A DNA stretch of 64,000 bases, taken from IMG/VR virus record IMGVR_UViG_3300043395_000996, positions 1-64,000 of that record. One strand, given 5' to 3'. This document shows, piece by piece, positions 34,711-45,609 of the stretch. The stretch's first letter is position 1. Each line of letters begins with the position of its first letter. The notes beneath the pieces are model-generated. The model ran no database searches, had not been told where the DNA came from, and saw only the letters and a program-made list of their open reading frames with translations. The position numbers and the translations under genes were made by a program. Source of the DNA: a virus.

Positions 34711-35667
34711 TTATCCTTTTACTCCCGTATCAGCTGCTTTTGGTCTGATACCTATTTCTTCTGCGAATTTATTTGAACGTTGTACTAATGGAACAATTGG
34801 TTCATCGATTACTCTGATATTCATTGGTATTTGTTTATCAGGGTGCGATGCGTTATATGCTACAACAGCCGCCCATCTATGATGTCCATCCAACACATAT
34901 CCATCATTGGATACATAAATAGGTGCAGTAATTTTTGGATGTTGTGGGTTTTCTTCCAATGCTTTACTCATACCTGCAACTTTAACACCAACTAATTCAG
35001 ATTGAGTTGCTTTTAATCTGTCAGGCGATATTGCTATTGGTTCTGAAACTCCTATACCTTGCTTCTCTAACATTTTCTTAAAGAACTCTTCGGTATCAGC
35101 TTCGCCACTTGCATCCTTTGGAAGTTTATCTGCTACTGAACCAGGTTCAGGTGTTCCTTTGAATTGTGGCATATCCTCTCTCGGAATACCTTTATTACCA
35201 TCACAATATAAGTTAGTGCCTGGAATTGAAACCTGGCATAAGTTAAAGTTTGGTGCTTTTTCACCACTTGCTTTTGCCTGATTACCCAAATCTACTAACT
35301 TATCAATAATAGTAGAGATTTGTTGTCTTTCTATTGGGGTTACCTGTGATAAAGATTTGTTTGAGAAATCAGCGTTTGGCATTAAATCTTTCAATTTAGG
35401 AATGCCACTGCTTTTTGGAGTTTCAGCAGATGTTTTGAAATCACCACCACCCAATTTCTGTCCTTTTGGCTGTTGCTGTGGAGTTGATGAAGATGGTTGT
35501 TCGCCTGTTGGTAATTTTCCACCATTATCTGCTTTTGCTTTATTAATTTCAGCAGGAGTGGGTTTGTCGTGTTTAGAGGGGTCAAATTGTTTAACTACAT
35601 AAACATTGCCCGTCTTTTTGTTTTTTACAACATCCTCCTCTTTTAAAAGCGATTTTAATTTAATCAT
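34711..35667 (-). CDS. ParB/Srx-like domain protein, MIKLKSLLKEE N-terminus
   Basis: LKATQSE, PIYVSNDGYVLDGHHRWAA. Confidence 0.75.
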   Translation of the reverse strand: MIKLKSLLKEEDVVKNKKTGNVYVVKQFDPSKHDKPTPAEINKAKADNGGKLPTGEQPSSSTPQQQPKGQKLGGGDFKTSAETPKSSGIPKLKDLMPNADFSNKSLSQVTPIERQQISTIIDKLVDLGNQAKASGEKAPNFNLCQVSIPGTNLYCDGNKGIPREDMPQFKGTPEPGSVADKLPKDASGEADTEEFFKKMLEKQGIGVSEPIAISPDRLKATQSELVGVKVAGMSKALEENPQHPKITAPIYVSNDGYVLDGHHRWAAVVAYNASHPDKQIPMNIRVIDEPIVPLVQRSNKFAEEIGIRPKAADTGVKG

Positions 35668-36770
35668 ATATCAAAAATCCAATTTTGAAGGTCTTTAGGT
35701 AATGTATTACAATTCCTAACAATCTCTTTATAAATATTATAATTATATTTAAATCTATCTTCATTTTTTATAAAAAATTCATTTAAATCAATTTTAGATA
35801 AATTAATAAGCTGATTTAAAATCATATCGGTTCTATTATCTATACGATTTTCAAAATCATATGAATGGTCTATTATATCATCAAACATATCAAATCCATA
35901 TTTTCTTAAATAAGTAACCAATCCTTCTTTTCCTAAAAATAATGGTAGTTGTTGATAAACGAATGGTTTAACGCTTTTTTCGGTTATTAAAATTCCATTG
36001 GTAAATGCTCCTGAATCGGATTCTGATACTAAATTTACATAACTATTTTTAAAAAAGCTTTTACCAGATGTCCATAGAAATTCATTATCATATCCACCCA
36101 AATCTATAATGGGAATACCATATGATACTTTAGATGTATCTAAATTAGAAATCAATCCAACTTCTTTTATTGGATTATTCAATATTTTTTTAAATAAAAT
36201 TTCTCTATGCTCTCTTAATTGACCATTTAAAAAACTAAATAAATAATCTCTATTTGGATTTATATCGAATTCGGGTATATCAACACTACCTATTAGATAG
36301 GGAAATTCCATTTCAAAATTTGGTCTATAAAATATATCATAGTCCTCATATGGAGATACATCCGTCAGTAACCAAAATATTTTACTTTTATAATTTTTTA
36401 ATGATAATAAATTTCTAAATTTATCAAAATATTTAAAGTATAATTTTGATTGAGCACCTTCTCCTTGTAAATCAAATACAATACATTTTACTGATTTTAC
36501 ATTTTGATTTATAAAATCAATAAATCCCGATTCAAATAAAAAAGGAAACGCATAACAATATATCCATATATAGTCCAAGTGCTCTACATCGTATATTTGA
36601 TTTGATGTAAAATCATTTATAAAATCCCATTTATGCGGATATCCATTTGTATTAGGATTATCATAATCGGCATTAACACTAATTCCTTTAAACAAATTTA
36701 AAGATATATCTAATTTGCTGTTTTCTTTTAGTGTTGGAATTTTATTTAAATCATATGCCAAAATATTCAC
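35664..36770 (-). CDS. Hypothetical protein, paralog of 4090..5322
   Basis: ITEKSVKPF..QLP..LG..G....LR.YGFDMFDDIIDHSYD; GTG/alternative start. Confidence 0.6.
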   Translation of the reverse strand: MNILAYDLNKIPTLKENSKLDISLNLFKGISVNADYDNPNTNGYPHKWDFINDFTSNQIYDVEHLDYIWIYCYAFPFLFESGFIDFINQNVKSVKCIVFDLQGEGAQSKLYFKYFDKFRNLLSLKNYKSKIFWLLTDVSPYEDYDIFYRPNFEMEFPYLIGSVDIPEFDINPNRDYLFSFLNGQLREHREILFKKILNNPIKEVGLISNLDTSKVSYGIPIIDLGGYDNEFLWTSGKSFFKNSYVNLVSESDSGAFTNGILITEKSVKPFVYQQLPLFLGKEGLVTYLRKYGFDMFDDIIDHSYDFENRIDNRTDMILNQLINLSKIDLNEFFIKNEDRFKYNYNIYKEIVRNCNTLPKDLQNWIFDI

Positions 36771-36777
36771 AAAATAA

Positions 36778-36912
36778 CTAATTTAATTTCCCCTGCCCTC
36801 TATACTTTTTAGGTTTTTGTTCTTTTGGACCGTAAGATTTTTTTAATCTACCTGTTTTGCGTTTCCCAAAAGATACTTTTTGGGATGTATTTCCGCCTTT
36901 AGCTTTTGCCAT
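36778..36912 (-). CDS. 44-aa Lys/Arg-rich micro-protein ending KKYRGQGKLN
   Basis: MAKAKGG...PKKYRGQG; below ORF-track cutoff. Confidence 0.65.
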   Translation of the reverse strand: MAKAKGGNTSQKVSFGKRKTGRLKKSYGPKEQKPKKYRGQGKLN

Positions 36913-36946
36913 GTAAAAATTTGGTTATTCTCCGATGATTGATTGA

Positions 36947-37204
36947 TTACTTCTTTGCTGCTTTCTTAGCTTTTACATTTTTGACTACTGTTTCTGCAAC
37001 GTTGATTGCTGCTTCGTTTTCAGTAACAACTGCTTCTGCTTTTTTAGTAGCGGCCTTAGCTTTAGCAATTCCTGCTTTAGCTTTAGTAGTTACTTTTTTA
37101 GTTTCAGGTGCAATTTCTTCTACCTTCTCTACAAAAGTTTCTACTGCTTCTTCAATTTGTTCAGCCTTTACAAAAAGACCCTTAATGAATGAAAATAGTC
37201 CCAT
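36947..37204 (-). CDS. Ala/Lys-rich small protein with amphipathic N-terminus
   Basis: MGLFSFIKGLF; KAKAAKK repeats. Confidence 0.65.
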   Translation of the reverse strand: MGLFSFIKGLFVKAEQIEEAVETFVEKVEEIAPETKKVTTKAKAGIAKAKAATKKAEAVVTENEAAINVAETVVKNVKAKKAAKK

Positions 37205-37245
37205 AGTTGTTTGTTTTAATTAACGATTTATTTTAAATATAAATA

Positions 37246-37563
37246 TTAGTTTTTTTTGGAAAATGTATATCCGTAAAATTCGTAGTTTTTATGTACCGAT
37301 TCTTCATCTCCCATATCGATTGCTTCTTTCTCATCTCTGTAAATAGCATCTTCGGGACATTCTGGTATACATGCACCACAATTAATACACATTTCCGGGT
37401 CAATGAAAAGTTGTTTCCCCTTTTTTTCTTCATCACTCATTTTTTCAACTTCTCTACCTAATCCATCGATGTATATTGGTCCATTAATACAATCAACGGG
37501 GCAGACATTAACACATGCGGTATCGCATATATCAACGCATTTGTTCCCAATTATAAAACTCAT
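37246..37563 (-). CDS. Ferredoxin (4Fe-4S dicluster, FdxA-like)
   Basis: CVDICDTACVNVCPVDCI and CINCGACIPECP. Confidence 0.92.
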   Translation of the reverse strand: MSFIIGNKCVDICDTACVNVCPVDCINGPIYIDGLGREVEKMSDEEKKGKQLFIDPEMCINCGACIPECPEDAIYRDEKEAIDMGDEESVHKNYEFYGYTFSKKN

Positions 37564-37997
37564 TGTTTATTTTTTAAAAGCCAAGAAGATGATTGAATTT
37601 TATCTCCCAATCCGAAAACCATTTCGATTCCCAATTTTCTACATATATCACCCTCACCAATAGTTTCAGCGGTTTGGTCGCCTCCATTTGTAAATATAAA
37701 CTTATCAAATTTATCTACATACATATTGTAAATCATATGAATGGTTTTATTACACAATCTATCGGAATCTACTGCAATAAATGCTTTGTTTACTGGCTTT
37801 AGATTTTCAATAATAAACTTTCGTTCATATTGATTCATAAATTCTTTCGAACCCTTTTGTTCTCTTTGAGCATCATTATTAACGATAACAAAGAGCTCAT
37901 CACCGAGCTCTTTGCTTTGAGTTAAATATTCTATATGCCCCCTATGAACGGGATTAAAATAACCACTTGCTATAACTAATGTTTTAGTCTTCGCCAT
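37560..37997 (-). CDS. Cytidylyltransferase-like nucleotidyltransferase (TagD/RfaE-II/FAD synthase family)
   Basis: SGYFNPVHRGH HIGH motif, VIVNND, NGGD, KIQSSS. Confidence 0.88.
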   Translation of the reverse strand: MAKTKTLVIASGYFNPVHRGHIEYLTQSKELGDELFVIVNNDAQREQKGSKEFMNQYERKFIIENLKPVNKAFIAVDSDRLCNKTIHMIYNMYVDKFDKFIFTNGGDQTAETIGEGDICRKLGIEMVFGLGDKIQSSSWLLKNKQ

Positions 37998-38229
37998 ATA
38001 GTGAGAATTTTTTAACAGGTACATCTACCTCTTCTTCATAAATAATTTCTATTGTACCCTTACGAGCATCCATAAAAAATTGAGTATCTCCGTTTTGTTG
38101 ATACCAAGCTTCTAATGCTTCCGTAAGAGATGGATAGATGGTTTTACCACCATCGGCAAATACCCATCTATCTCCCGGCGGAACTCTTTTAAGGACGAGT
38201 TCTCGTTCCTCTTTGATTTCCTTTTCCAT
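37984..38229 (-). CDS. Hypothetical protein
   Basis: 81 aa; KRVPPGDRW motif. Confidence 0.7.
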   Translation of the reverse strand: MEKEIKEERELVLKRVPPGDRWVFADGGKTIYPSLTEALEAWYQQNGDTQFFMDARKGTIEIIYEEEVDVPVKKFSLYGED

Positions 38230-38230
38230 A

Positions 38231-38437
38231 TTAGAATACTTCTAAAATTTTAGTTTCAGATACCTTTACTACTTCGTATTCCAAATTTACACCTTCTGCT
38301 ACGAACTTCTTAACTAATTTAGCTTCTGCTTCTGTTACTGAAAGAGCATCTACTAAATAATTTTCTTTGTTCTTTTTGATTTTACCTTTTGCATCTTCTA
38401 CTTCTACTGCAACTAATACTGAATAAAACTTTGCCAT
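38231..38437 (-). CDS. DUF4494-family protein (Bacteroidota-associated)
   Basis: GK.KK..E.YLVDALS.TEAEA.. Confidence 0.75.
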   Translation of the reverse strand: MAKFYSVLVAVEVEDAKGKIKKNKENYLVDALSVTEAEAKLVKKFVAEGVNLEYEVVKVSETKILEVF

Positions 38438-38467
38438 AATTGTTTGTTTTTATTGTTTGTTAAAATT

Positions 38468-40102
<1,635 letters not shown>

Positions 40103-40122
40103 TTATTTATTTTTTGTTTCCA

Positions 40123-40154
40123 CAAAGATAATACAAATAATTTAATTTTCCAAA
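40123..40154 (-). promoter_or_regulatory. Bacteroidota-type promoter for groL
   Basis: TTTG-N20-TATCTTTG. Confidence 0.75.
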
Positions 40155-40185
40155 TAAAAATGGGAGAAAAATTTCTCCCATTATT
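40155..40185 (-). terminator. Intrinsic terminator
   Basis: ATGGGAGAAA/TTTCTCCCAT stem followed by a U-tract. Confidence 0.8.
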
Positions 40186-40362
40186 TTATTGTTTTCCTTC
40201 TTCAACAGATGCTTGTCTATAATCTGTTACTAATTTCTTCAAATCTCCAATTGCGGTTCTCGCATTTTTTTGAGATACTTTTGTAGATTTGTTGTGCTCT
40301 TCTTCAAATTTTTCCCACAATCCTTTCATTGTTTCGAAAATTTCTTGCTTTTTACTAGCCAT
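40186..40362 (-). CDS. Histone H1-like (Hc1-type) small protein, 58 aa
   Basis: F...H.K..K.S..NAR.A.G.LKKL...YR.AS pattern; below ORF-track cutoff. Confidence 0.65.
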   Translation of the reverse strand: MASKKQEIFETMKGLWEKFEEEHNKSTKVSQKNARTAIGDLKKLVTDYRQASVEEGKQ

Positions 40363-40392
40363 ACTTTATTGTTTTTAATTAATAATAAGGGA

Positions 40393-40587
40393 CTATCTCC
40401 CCCTCTTCCTTTTTATTTCCATTTCTTTCAGATAATGTGGTTTCCACTTATATTCTACTGAAATAGGTCCGTTTGGTTGCTTTTTTAGGTCATACTTCCA
40501 AATAGATGTGGATTCATCATCTTCAAAAATGTATTCAAATTTTGTTGGTTTTTCCGTTTTACTATGTGTTTCTTTATTAATTTTCAT
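40393..40587 (-). CDS. Hypothetical protein
   Basis: 64-aa ORF coupled to IscA gene. Confidence 0.62.
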   Translation of the reverse strand: MKINKETHSKTEKPTKFEYIFEDDESTSIWKYDLKKQPNGPISVEYKWKPHYLKEMEIKRKRGR

Positions 40588-40907
40588 ATTGCAAAACTTT
40601 CACCACATCCGCAAGTTCGGCTAGCGTTTGGATTTATAAATTGAAAACCTTTACCATTTAAACCATCTGAAAAATCTAATTCAGTACCGAATAGGTATAG
40701 TAACGATTTATTATCTACTAATATTTTTACACCTTTATCTTCCGCAAGTGTATCGGTTGGATGTTGTTCGGTATCAAATGAAAGGTCATACGATAGACCA
40801 CTACAACCACCACCCTTTACAGCCACTCTAACAAATGGGGTTTGAAATCCACTTTCTTCTATTAGTGAACTTAATTTTTTTGCTGCTGAATCTGAAACTG
40901 TAATCAT
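40584..40907 (-). CDS. iscA: A-type Fe-S carrier (IscA/SufA/HesB)
   Basis: RVAVKGGGCSGLSY, NPNASRTCGCGESF; start re-called to MITVSD. Confidence 0.93.
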   Translation of the reverse strand: MITVSDSAAKKLSSLIEESGFQTPFVRVAVKGGGCSGLSYDLSFDTEQHPTDTLAEDKGVKILVDNKSLLYLFGTELDFSDGLNGKGFQFINPNASRTCGCGESFAI

Positions 40908-40914
40908 AATAATA

Positions 40915-40946
40915 CAAATATACGAAAAATTATCCAATTTGCCAAG
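40915..40946 (-). promoter_or_regulatory. Bacteroidota-type promoter
   Basis: CTTG-N20-TATATTTG. Confidence 0.72.
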
Positions 40947-41976
40947 TCCTTAATCCAAATTTATTCCAAGTAAATGGTTGATTATATCCCATATTCAATT
41001 TATTCAATGATTTGATAACATTGTATTTTGTATTGTTTGGACAATAGAAGAACATAAATCCTCCGCCACCTGCTCCACTTATCTTACCACCGGTTGCTCC
41101 GGCTTTTATAGCAGTTTCATATAATAATTCAATTTCAGGTGTGCTGATTCCTTTTGCTAACATCTTTTTTTGTTGAAATCCATAATCTAATATTTCACCT
41201 AAATCATCTATATTACCTTTAATCAAACAATCTTTCATTAACTTTGCTTGCTCTACTAATGCATGAAGTGATAGAATTGATGTTTTATTTTGTTCTTTCA
41301 TTTTTGTAATTTGTTCGGCTAATACATCTGAACTATTACGGGTAAAATTAGTGAAATATAAAATTACATTATTTTCTAATTCATCTTGCACACTATCTTT
41401 AATACGAAGTGGGTTTACAATTACATCATCTCCTTTGAATTCCATATAATTAAATCCGCCAAATGCTGCGGCATATTGGTCTTGTTTTCCACCATTCTCT
41501 ACCAATTCGATTCTTTCAATTTGAATTGCCATTTCAGCAATATCATATTCACCCAATGGTAAATTGAATGCTTCCATATAAACACCAATAAGTGAAACTA
41601 TAAGTGTAGATGAAGTTCCTAAACCACTCCCCGTTGGAACATCTTGCCAACTTACGATATCACATCCAAATGGTTCTAACTTAAATCGTTTGCAAATGTG
41701 ATTATGAGTTGCTTTAAAGAGCTTTAATCCATAAGAACAATCTAACTCATTGCTGAAATCATGCTCTTCGTATTCCTCTTTATTTATCCAATTAAACGTA
41801 ATTTTCTTATCATCTCTTAATTGAAGTGATGTATGAGTGAACAAACGAATGGTCGTATTTATTACTGCTCCCGTATGATATTTACAATAATCGGGCATAT
41901 CAGTTCCGCCACCACCAAAACTTATTCTAAATGGAGTCTTGCTCCTGTATATCTTCTTCTTCATTTGGTCTGCCAT
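40930..41976 (-). CDS. hddA: GHMP kinase, D-glycero-D-manno-heptose 7-phosphate kinase family
   Basis: PFRISFGGGGTD, PTGSGLGTSS, GGKQDQYAAAFGG, GGKISGAGGGGF. Confidence 0.85.
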   Translation of the reverse strand: MADQMKKKIYRSKTPFRISFGGGGTDMPDYCKYHTGAVINTTIRLFTHTSLQLRDDKKITFNWINKEEYEEHDFSNELDCSYGLKLFKATHNHICKRFKLEPFGCDIVSWQDVPTGSGLGTSSTLIVSLIGVYMEAFNLPLGEYDIAEMAIQIERIELVENGGKQDQYAAAFGGFNYMEFKGDDVIVNPLRIKDSVQDELENNVILYFTNFTRNSSDVLAEQITKMKEQNKTSILSLHALVEQAKLMKDCLIKGNIDDLGEILDYGFQQKKMLAKGISTPEIELLYETAIKAGATGGKISGAGGGGFMFFYCPNNTKYNVIKSLNKLNMGYNQPFTWNKFGLRTWQIG

Positions 41977-42517
41977 GCTCTTTATACCAATTTTTTGCGT
42001 TTCTTTCTCCTACTAACAAAAAGAAACAATTATAACACAATGGTCTAATATTTTCTAATTTACGATTGTTTAGATTACCATCTATAAAGTCAATTAATAA
42101 TGGCATTTTACCATCGGTTATTCGGGCTTCGCTGAATCCACAACTACCACATACTTTTGGAACATATCCACTATCGAATAATTTATTCTTAAATTTATGT
42201 AAAGGATAGTGTAAATGTTTTCCGGCAATTAAATCATCAATGTGATATTTTTTATTTTTTATCACTTTGGCTCTTTCAATACCAATACCATACGGATTTT
42301 TTAAATCTTCCAAAATTCCATACAACTTAGCATATTTCTTATATGTGTTATATGATACTCCTAAAGTTCTTGCTGCTTCGAATGCCGAACGTGATACCGC
42401 TTGTGCTGCTTTGATTTGCGATTCCAATAAGGGTTTAGCTCCTAAACCTCTTTTTGATGTTTTTTTATTGGGTTCTATATTTGGAAAAAACCCATTTTCC
42501 ATTTCTTCATCTTCCAT
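41927..42517 (-). CDS. HTH + degenerate HNH-fold protein
   Basis: AARTLGVSYNTYKKY helix-turn-helix; CGSCG...IDFIDGN..N..LENIR.LCYNCF. Confidence 0.7.
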   Translation of the reverse strand: MEDEEMENGFFPNIEPNKKTSKRGLGAKPLLESQIKAAQAVSRSAFEAARTLGVSYNTYKKYAKLYGILEDLKNPYGIGIERAKVIKNKKYHIDDLIAGKHLHYPLHKFKNKLFDSGYVPKVCGSCGFSEARITDGKMPLLIDFIDGNLNNRKLENIRPLCYNCFFLLVGERNAKNWYKEHGRPNEEEDIQEQDSI

Positions 42518-42550
42518 ACTAATAACAATTTATTTATAGATATAAGTATA

Positions 42551-43354
42551 TCAAAATAATTTTATAGGTAAATTTTCCGATGTATTGATGAAATTAATTT
42601 TGTTTAAATAATCTAAAACAATATTTGCTATTTTTACATTACCATGTAATCCAGCATGTCCATCTATTTTCATATTTAATTCATCATTTATTGTTAATTT
42701 ATTAATACTGAACCATTGCTGCATTTGCATGTTATTAAAATTAACAAAATGAAAATTATATTTTAAATTATTTGCTTGTAAAAATTCTTCAAAAAATGTA
42801 TTATCAATCAATATAAATTCAATATTATTTTGTTTTAAAAAAGATAAAAGACCTAACACATTATTCATAGATTTTTTATATTCAAAATCAGTATTTACAA
42901 AATTATAAAAATATGATTGTAAATCATTATTGATTTTTTTAATATCTCCTCTGTCATAACCAGCCGCCACATCTGTTAAATCCTCATCTGGTACATTTAT
43001 TGTACCCCAAGTCACATTCATTAATCTATCTAATCTATTACAATACACCTCATCTCTCCACATAGGGGGTAATTCCAATATAAAAAGAGTATTTGATATA
43101 TGCTTTTGGTTATCGTATATATGTTGATATGTCTTTCTAATTAATCTATTTACAGAACCACCATGAAATGCTTCATTTACAATATCCATATTCAGTTTAT
43201 CTGCTATCATATTTGGATATGAATATTTTAAATAATCATCTTGTAAATCAATATTTAATACTTTTTTATATTGTTCTCTTACATATATAAAATTTAGTCC
43301 GCCAGCACAAGTAAAGCTACAACCATTGGCATATATTTTATTAAATGATTTCAT
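42551..43354 (-). CDS. SGNH-like protein
   Basis: YANGCSFTCAGG, N.A.HGGS, DGHAG..GN. Confidence 0.68.
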   Translation of the reverse strand: MKSFNKIYANGCSFTCAGGLNFIYVREQYKKVLNIDLQDDYLKYSYPNMIADKLNMDIVNEAFHGGSVNRLIRKTYQHIYDNQKHISNTLFILELPPMWRDEVYCNRLDRLMNVTWGTINVPDEDLTDVAAGYDRGDIKKINNDLQSYFYNFVNTDFEYKKSMNNVLGLLSFLKQNNIEFILIDNTFFEEFLQANNLKYNFHFVNFNNMQMQQWFSINKLTINDELNMKIDGHAGLHGNVKIANIVLDYLNKINFINTSENLPIKLF

Positions 43355-43355
43355 A

Positions 43356-43748
43356 TTATGATAATAATTTTATTAACTTTGTAAAAGTATCATCCGGTAA
43401 ATTAGATGTATCCAAATCTATATAAAATTTAATTGGTACTTCATAATCCAATATAAATTGATTTTCATTACCTCTCATTTTTTTAGTATGACAATAAATT
43501 TCTACAACTTTACATTCCGATTTAAGTTGCTCTCGTATACTTTTATTAGGAAATACTGATGTTAATATAACATCGTTTCCGCAACTATCCAAATATTTTG
43601 CTACTTCAATTGGATAATCGGTTTGCCCTTCATCGATATGGAATACGGATTTTCGCCAATTTTTTTTATCGGTTTGTAACCAAAATTGTAACTTTTTTCC
43701 TAATGTAGTTTTCCCACTACCAGGTTGACCTGTAAATAGGTAAATCAT
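43356..43748 (-). CDS. Short adenylylsulfate-kinase-like P-loop protein
   Basis: FTGQPGSGKTTL; VFHIDE; EIYCHT. Confidence 0.72.
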   Translation of the reverse strand: MIYLFTGQPGSGKTTLGKKLQFWLQTDKKNWRKSVFHIDEGQTDYPIEVAKYLDSCGNDVILTSVFPNKSIREQLKSECKVVEIYCHTKKMRGNENQFILDYEVPIKFYIDLDTSNLPDDTFTKLIKLLS

Positions 43749-43751
43749 AAC

Positions 43752-44591
43752 TTATTTCTTTTTTAATGCGAATTGTGCTGCTTTATATGCTTTTGAATCT
43801 TTATCGTAATGTAATGCTGATTTTAATTTAATCATTTTACCCGTATCTGGGTTTTTTATTGTTTTTTCTAAATCTTTTGGTAATAAAGATTTTAAACTCA
43901 TATCATTTCCTTTAGATGATGTAGGTTTTGTAGCTTCTTTTCCTTTTGGTTGTTGCTTCATATCATCTTTTTGCTTTGGTGGTTGCGGAATTTCGTGCTG
44001 AACGTGTTTTACTTTTAAAGATATGTTTGGATATTTTTTAGAAAGTGCTTTTACTGCCGTTACATTCTTATGAGAATCATCTATGAAAAATACATCGGTT
44101 ACACCATCTTTAATTTTACCTTCAATCCAATTTGCTTTATCTTGTGGGTCATTTGATGCCAATGCTACTACATATAATTTATCCAATCCAATATCAGACA
44201 AATATTGTTTGATTGGTTTATAAGCCGCTCTTGCTGTTAGAATTACTATTTGAGAACCTCCTACTCTTACTATGTTTTTAAGTAATCTCGTAACACCTTT
44301 AATTTCTTGTGGTTGCTTTACCTTTTCAAAATCAGAAAAATCAAATTGGTCATCTTCTTTTGGTTCATATATTGCATATTCTCCTGGAGTTAATTTTGAT
44401 TTTTTACCATCTTTATGTGTAATGTATATATGGGAATTAGTTTTAACTAATGTATCATCGAAATCAAATACTCTTAATTTTTTAGCTTCAGCTTCATCAA
44501 TAGGTTTAAACGCACTGGCAAATGGATTGGAATATACTTTTCCAAATTCCACTTTCATACCATTCCAATTACCTATTTCTTTTAATCTCAT
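43752..44591 (-). CDS. HAD-superfamily hydrolase (RNA-repair-type HAD) with C-terminal KNPDTG module
   Basis: VFDFDDTL, ILTAR, FFIDDS..N. Confidence 0.78.
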   Translation of the reverse strand: MRLKEIGNWNGMKVEFGKVYSNPFASAFKPIDEAEAKKLRVFDFDDTLVKTNSHIYITHKDGKKSKLTPGEYAIYEPKEDDQFDFSDFEKVKQPQEIKGVTRLLKNIVRVGGSQIVILTARAAYKPIKQYLSDIGLDKLYVVALASNDPQDKANWIEGKIKDGVTDVFFIDDSHKNVTAVKALSKKYPNISLKVKHVQHEIPQPPKQKDDMKQQPKGKEATKPTSSKGNDMSLKSLLPKDLEKTIKNPDTGKMIKLKSALHYDKDSKAYKAAQFALKKK

Positions 44592-45218
44592 TTATTTTCC
44601 ACTTAAATAGTGAGAAAGATATCCACTCAATCTACCATTGAATATTTGGAAATGCTCCCACTCATCTTTAGTTAGGGTTTTTTTCTTTTTAACATAATCC
44701 ATTCCTAATGTTCCAATGTATTTACCTTCTACACAAAATATAGGTAATATGTAAGTAGATTTATTACCACCCGCATCCATAGAACCACTTAATCCGGTTT
44801 CTTTTTCAATATCCGAACCTCTTTCATCAATGAAAATTGATTTATGTTTCAACATATATTCAAATGCTTTTGGATAAAGTGAGCATGGAATATTAGAATA
44901 TATATGTGCTATGTTAGATACGCCAGGTTTTGCAGTTTCGTAAAATACTGAAAACTTTTGTATTGATTTGCCCGTTGGATAGAAATTTCCACCATTATGG
45001 AATTGAGATACCCAAACTCTATCGGCATTGAATTCTTCTTGTATTTGTTCTAAAATTTTATTGATTTCTTGCGTTTCTCTCAAACCCTCTGCTATGGGGT
45101 CTAATTTACTTTGCTTTCTTTTAGAATAATATTTTTCTATTAATAAATAAAATACAGGTCCTACTACTCCTGTAATAAATGCTGCTATTAACTCCATATA
45201 TCTAACAGGTATTTCCAT
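44592..45218 (-). CDS. N-terminal TM + GAF-like domain protein (T4-type holin-like architecture)
   Basis: TM helix then ADRVWVSQFHNGG.FY...KFS..YE. Confidence 0.55.
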   Translation of the reverse strand: MEIPVRYMELIAAFITGVVGPVFYLLIEKYYSKRKQSKLDPIAEGLRETQEINKILEQIQEEFNADRVWVSQFHNGGNFYPTGKSIQKFSVFYETAKPGVSNIAHIYSNIPCSLYPKAFEYMLKHKSIFIDERGSDIEKETGLSGSMDAGGNKSTYILPIFCVEGKYIGTLGMDYVKKKKTLTKDEWEHFQIFNGRLSGYLSHYLSGK

Positions 45219-45601
45219 TATTTCTCACCATCCAATTTATGGAAACCGGTGTTTGCTTGGTTAATAAAATTTTGTGCTTGTGAAATGTGGTCCTGAATCC
45301 AACCGGGTAAATTCATTTCTTGCTCTCCTACTTTACCTTTAAGTTCGGTAGCATTTCTGATGATATCATCCAATTGACCATTTGCCATTCCAACTTCGTG
45401 GTCAGTCGTTTCTGGACCTTCATTCATTGTATTCTTATGCTTCAACAATTCTGTCATTTTGTTGAATACTTGCTCTCCACCATCTTCGCCTAAACGATAT
45501 GCTCCACCCAACTTCTCATATATTTTAATTTTATGAGACATTGGTAATGATTTTTCTGCAAGCTTTTTCCAAATTTTAGGATGAGTTACTTCAAACTTCA
45601 T
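45218..45601 (-). CDS. Conserved phage hypothetical protein
   Basis: DHEVGMA..QL..I...A.EL...LPGWIQDHISQA motif. Confidence 0.7.
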   Translation of the reverse strand: MKFEVTHPKIWKKLAEKSLPMSHKIKIYEKLGGAYRLGEDGGEQVFNKMTELLKHKNTMNEGPETTDHEVGMANGQLDDIIRNATELKGKVGEQEMNLPGWIQDHISQAQNFINQANTGFHKLDGEK

Positions 45602-45609
45602 ATTATGCT

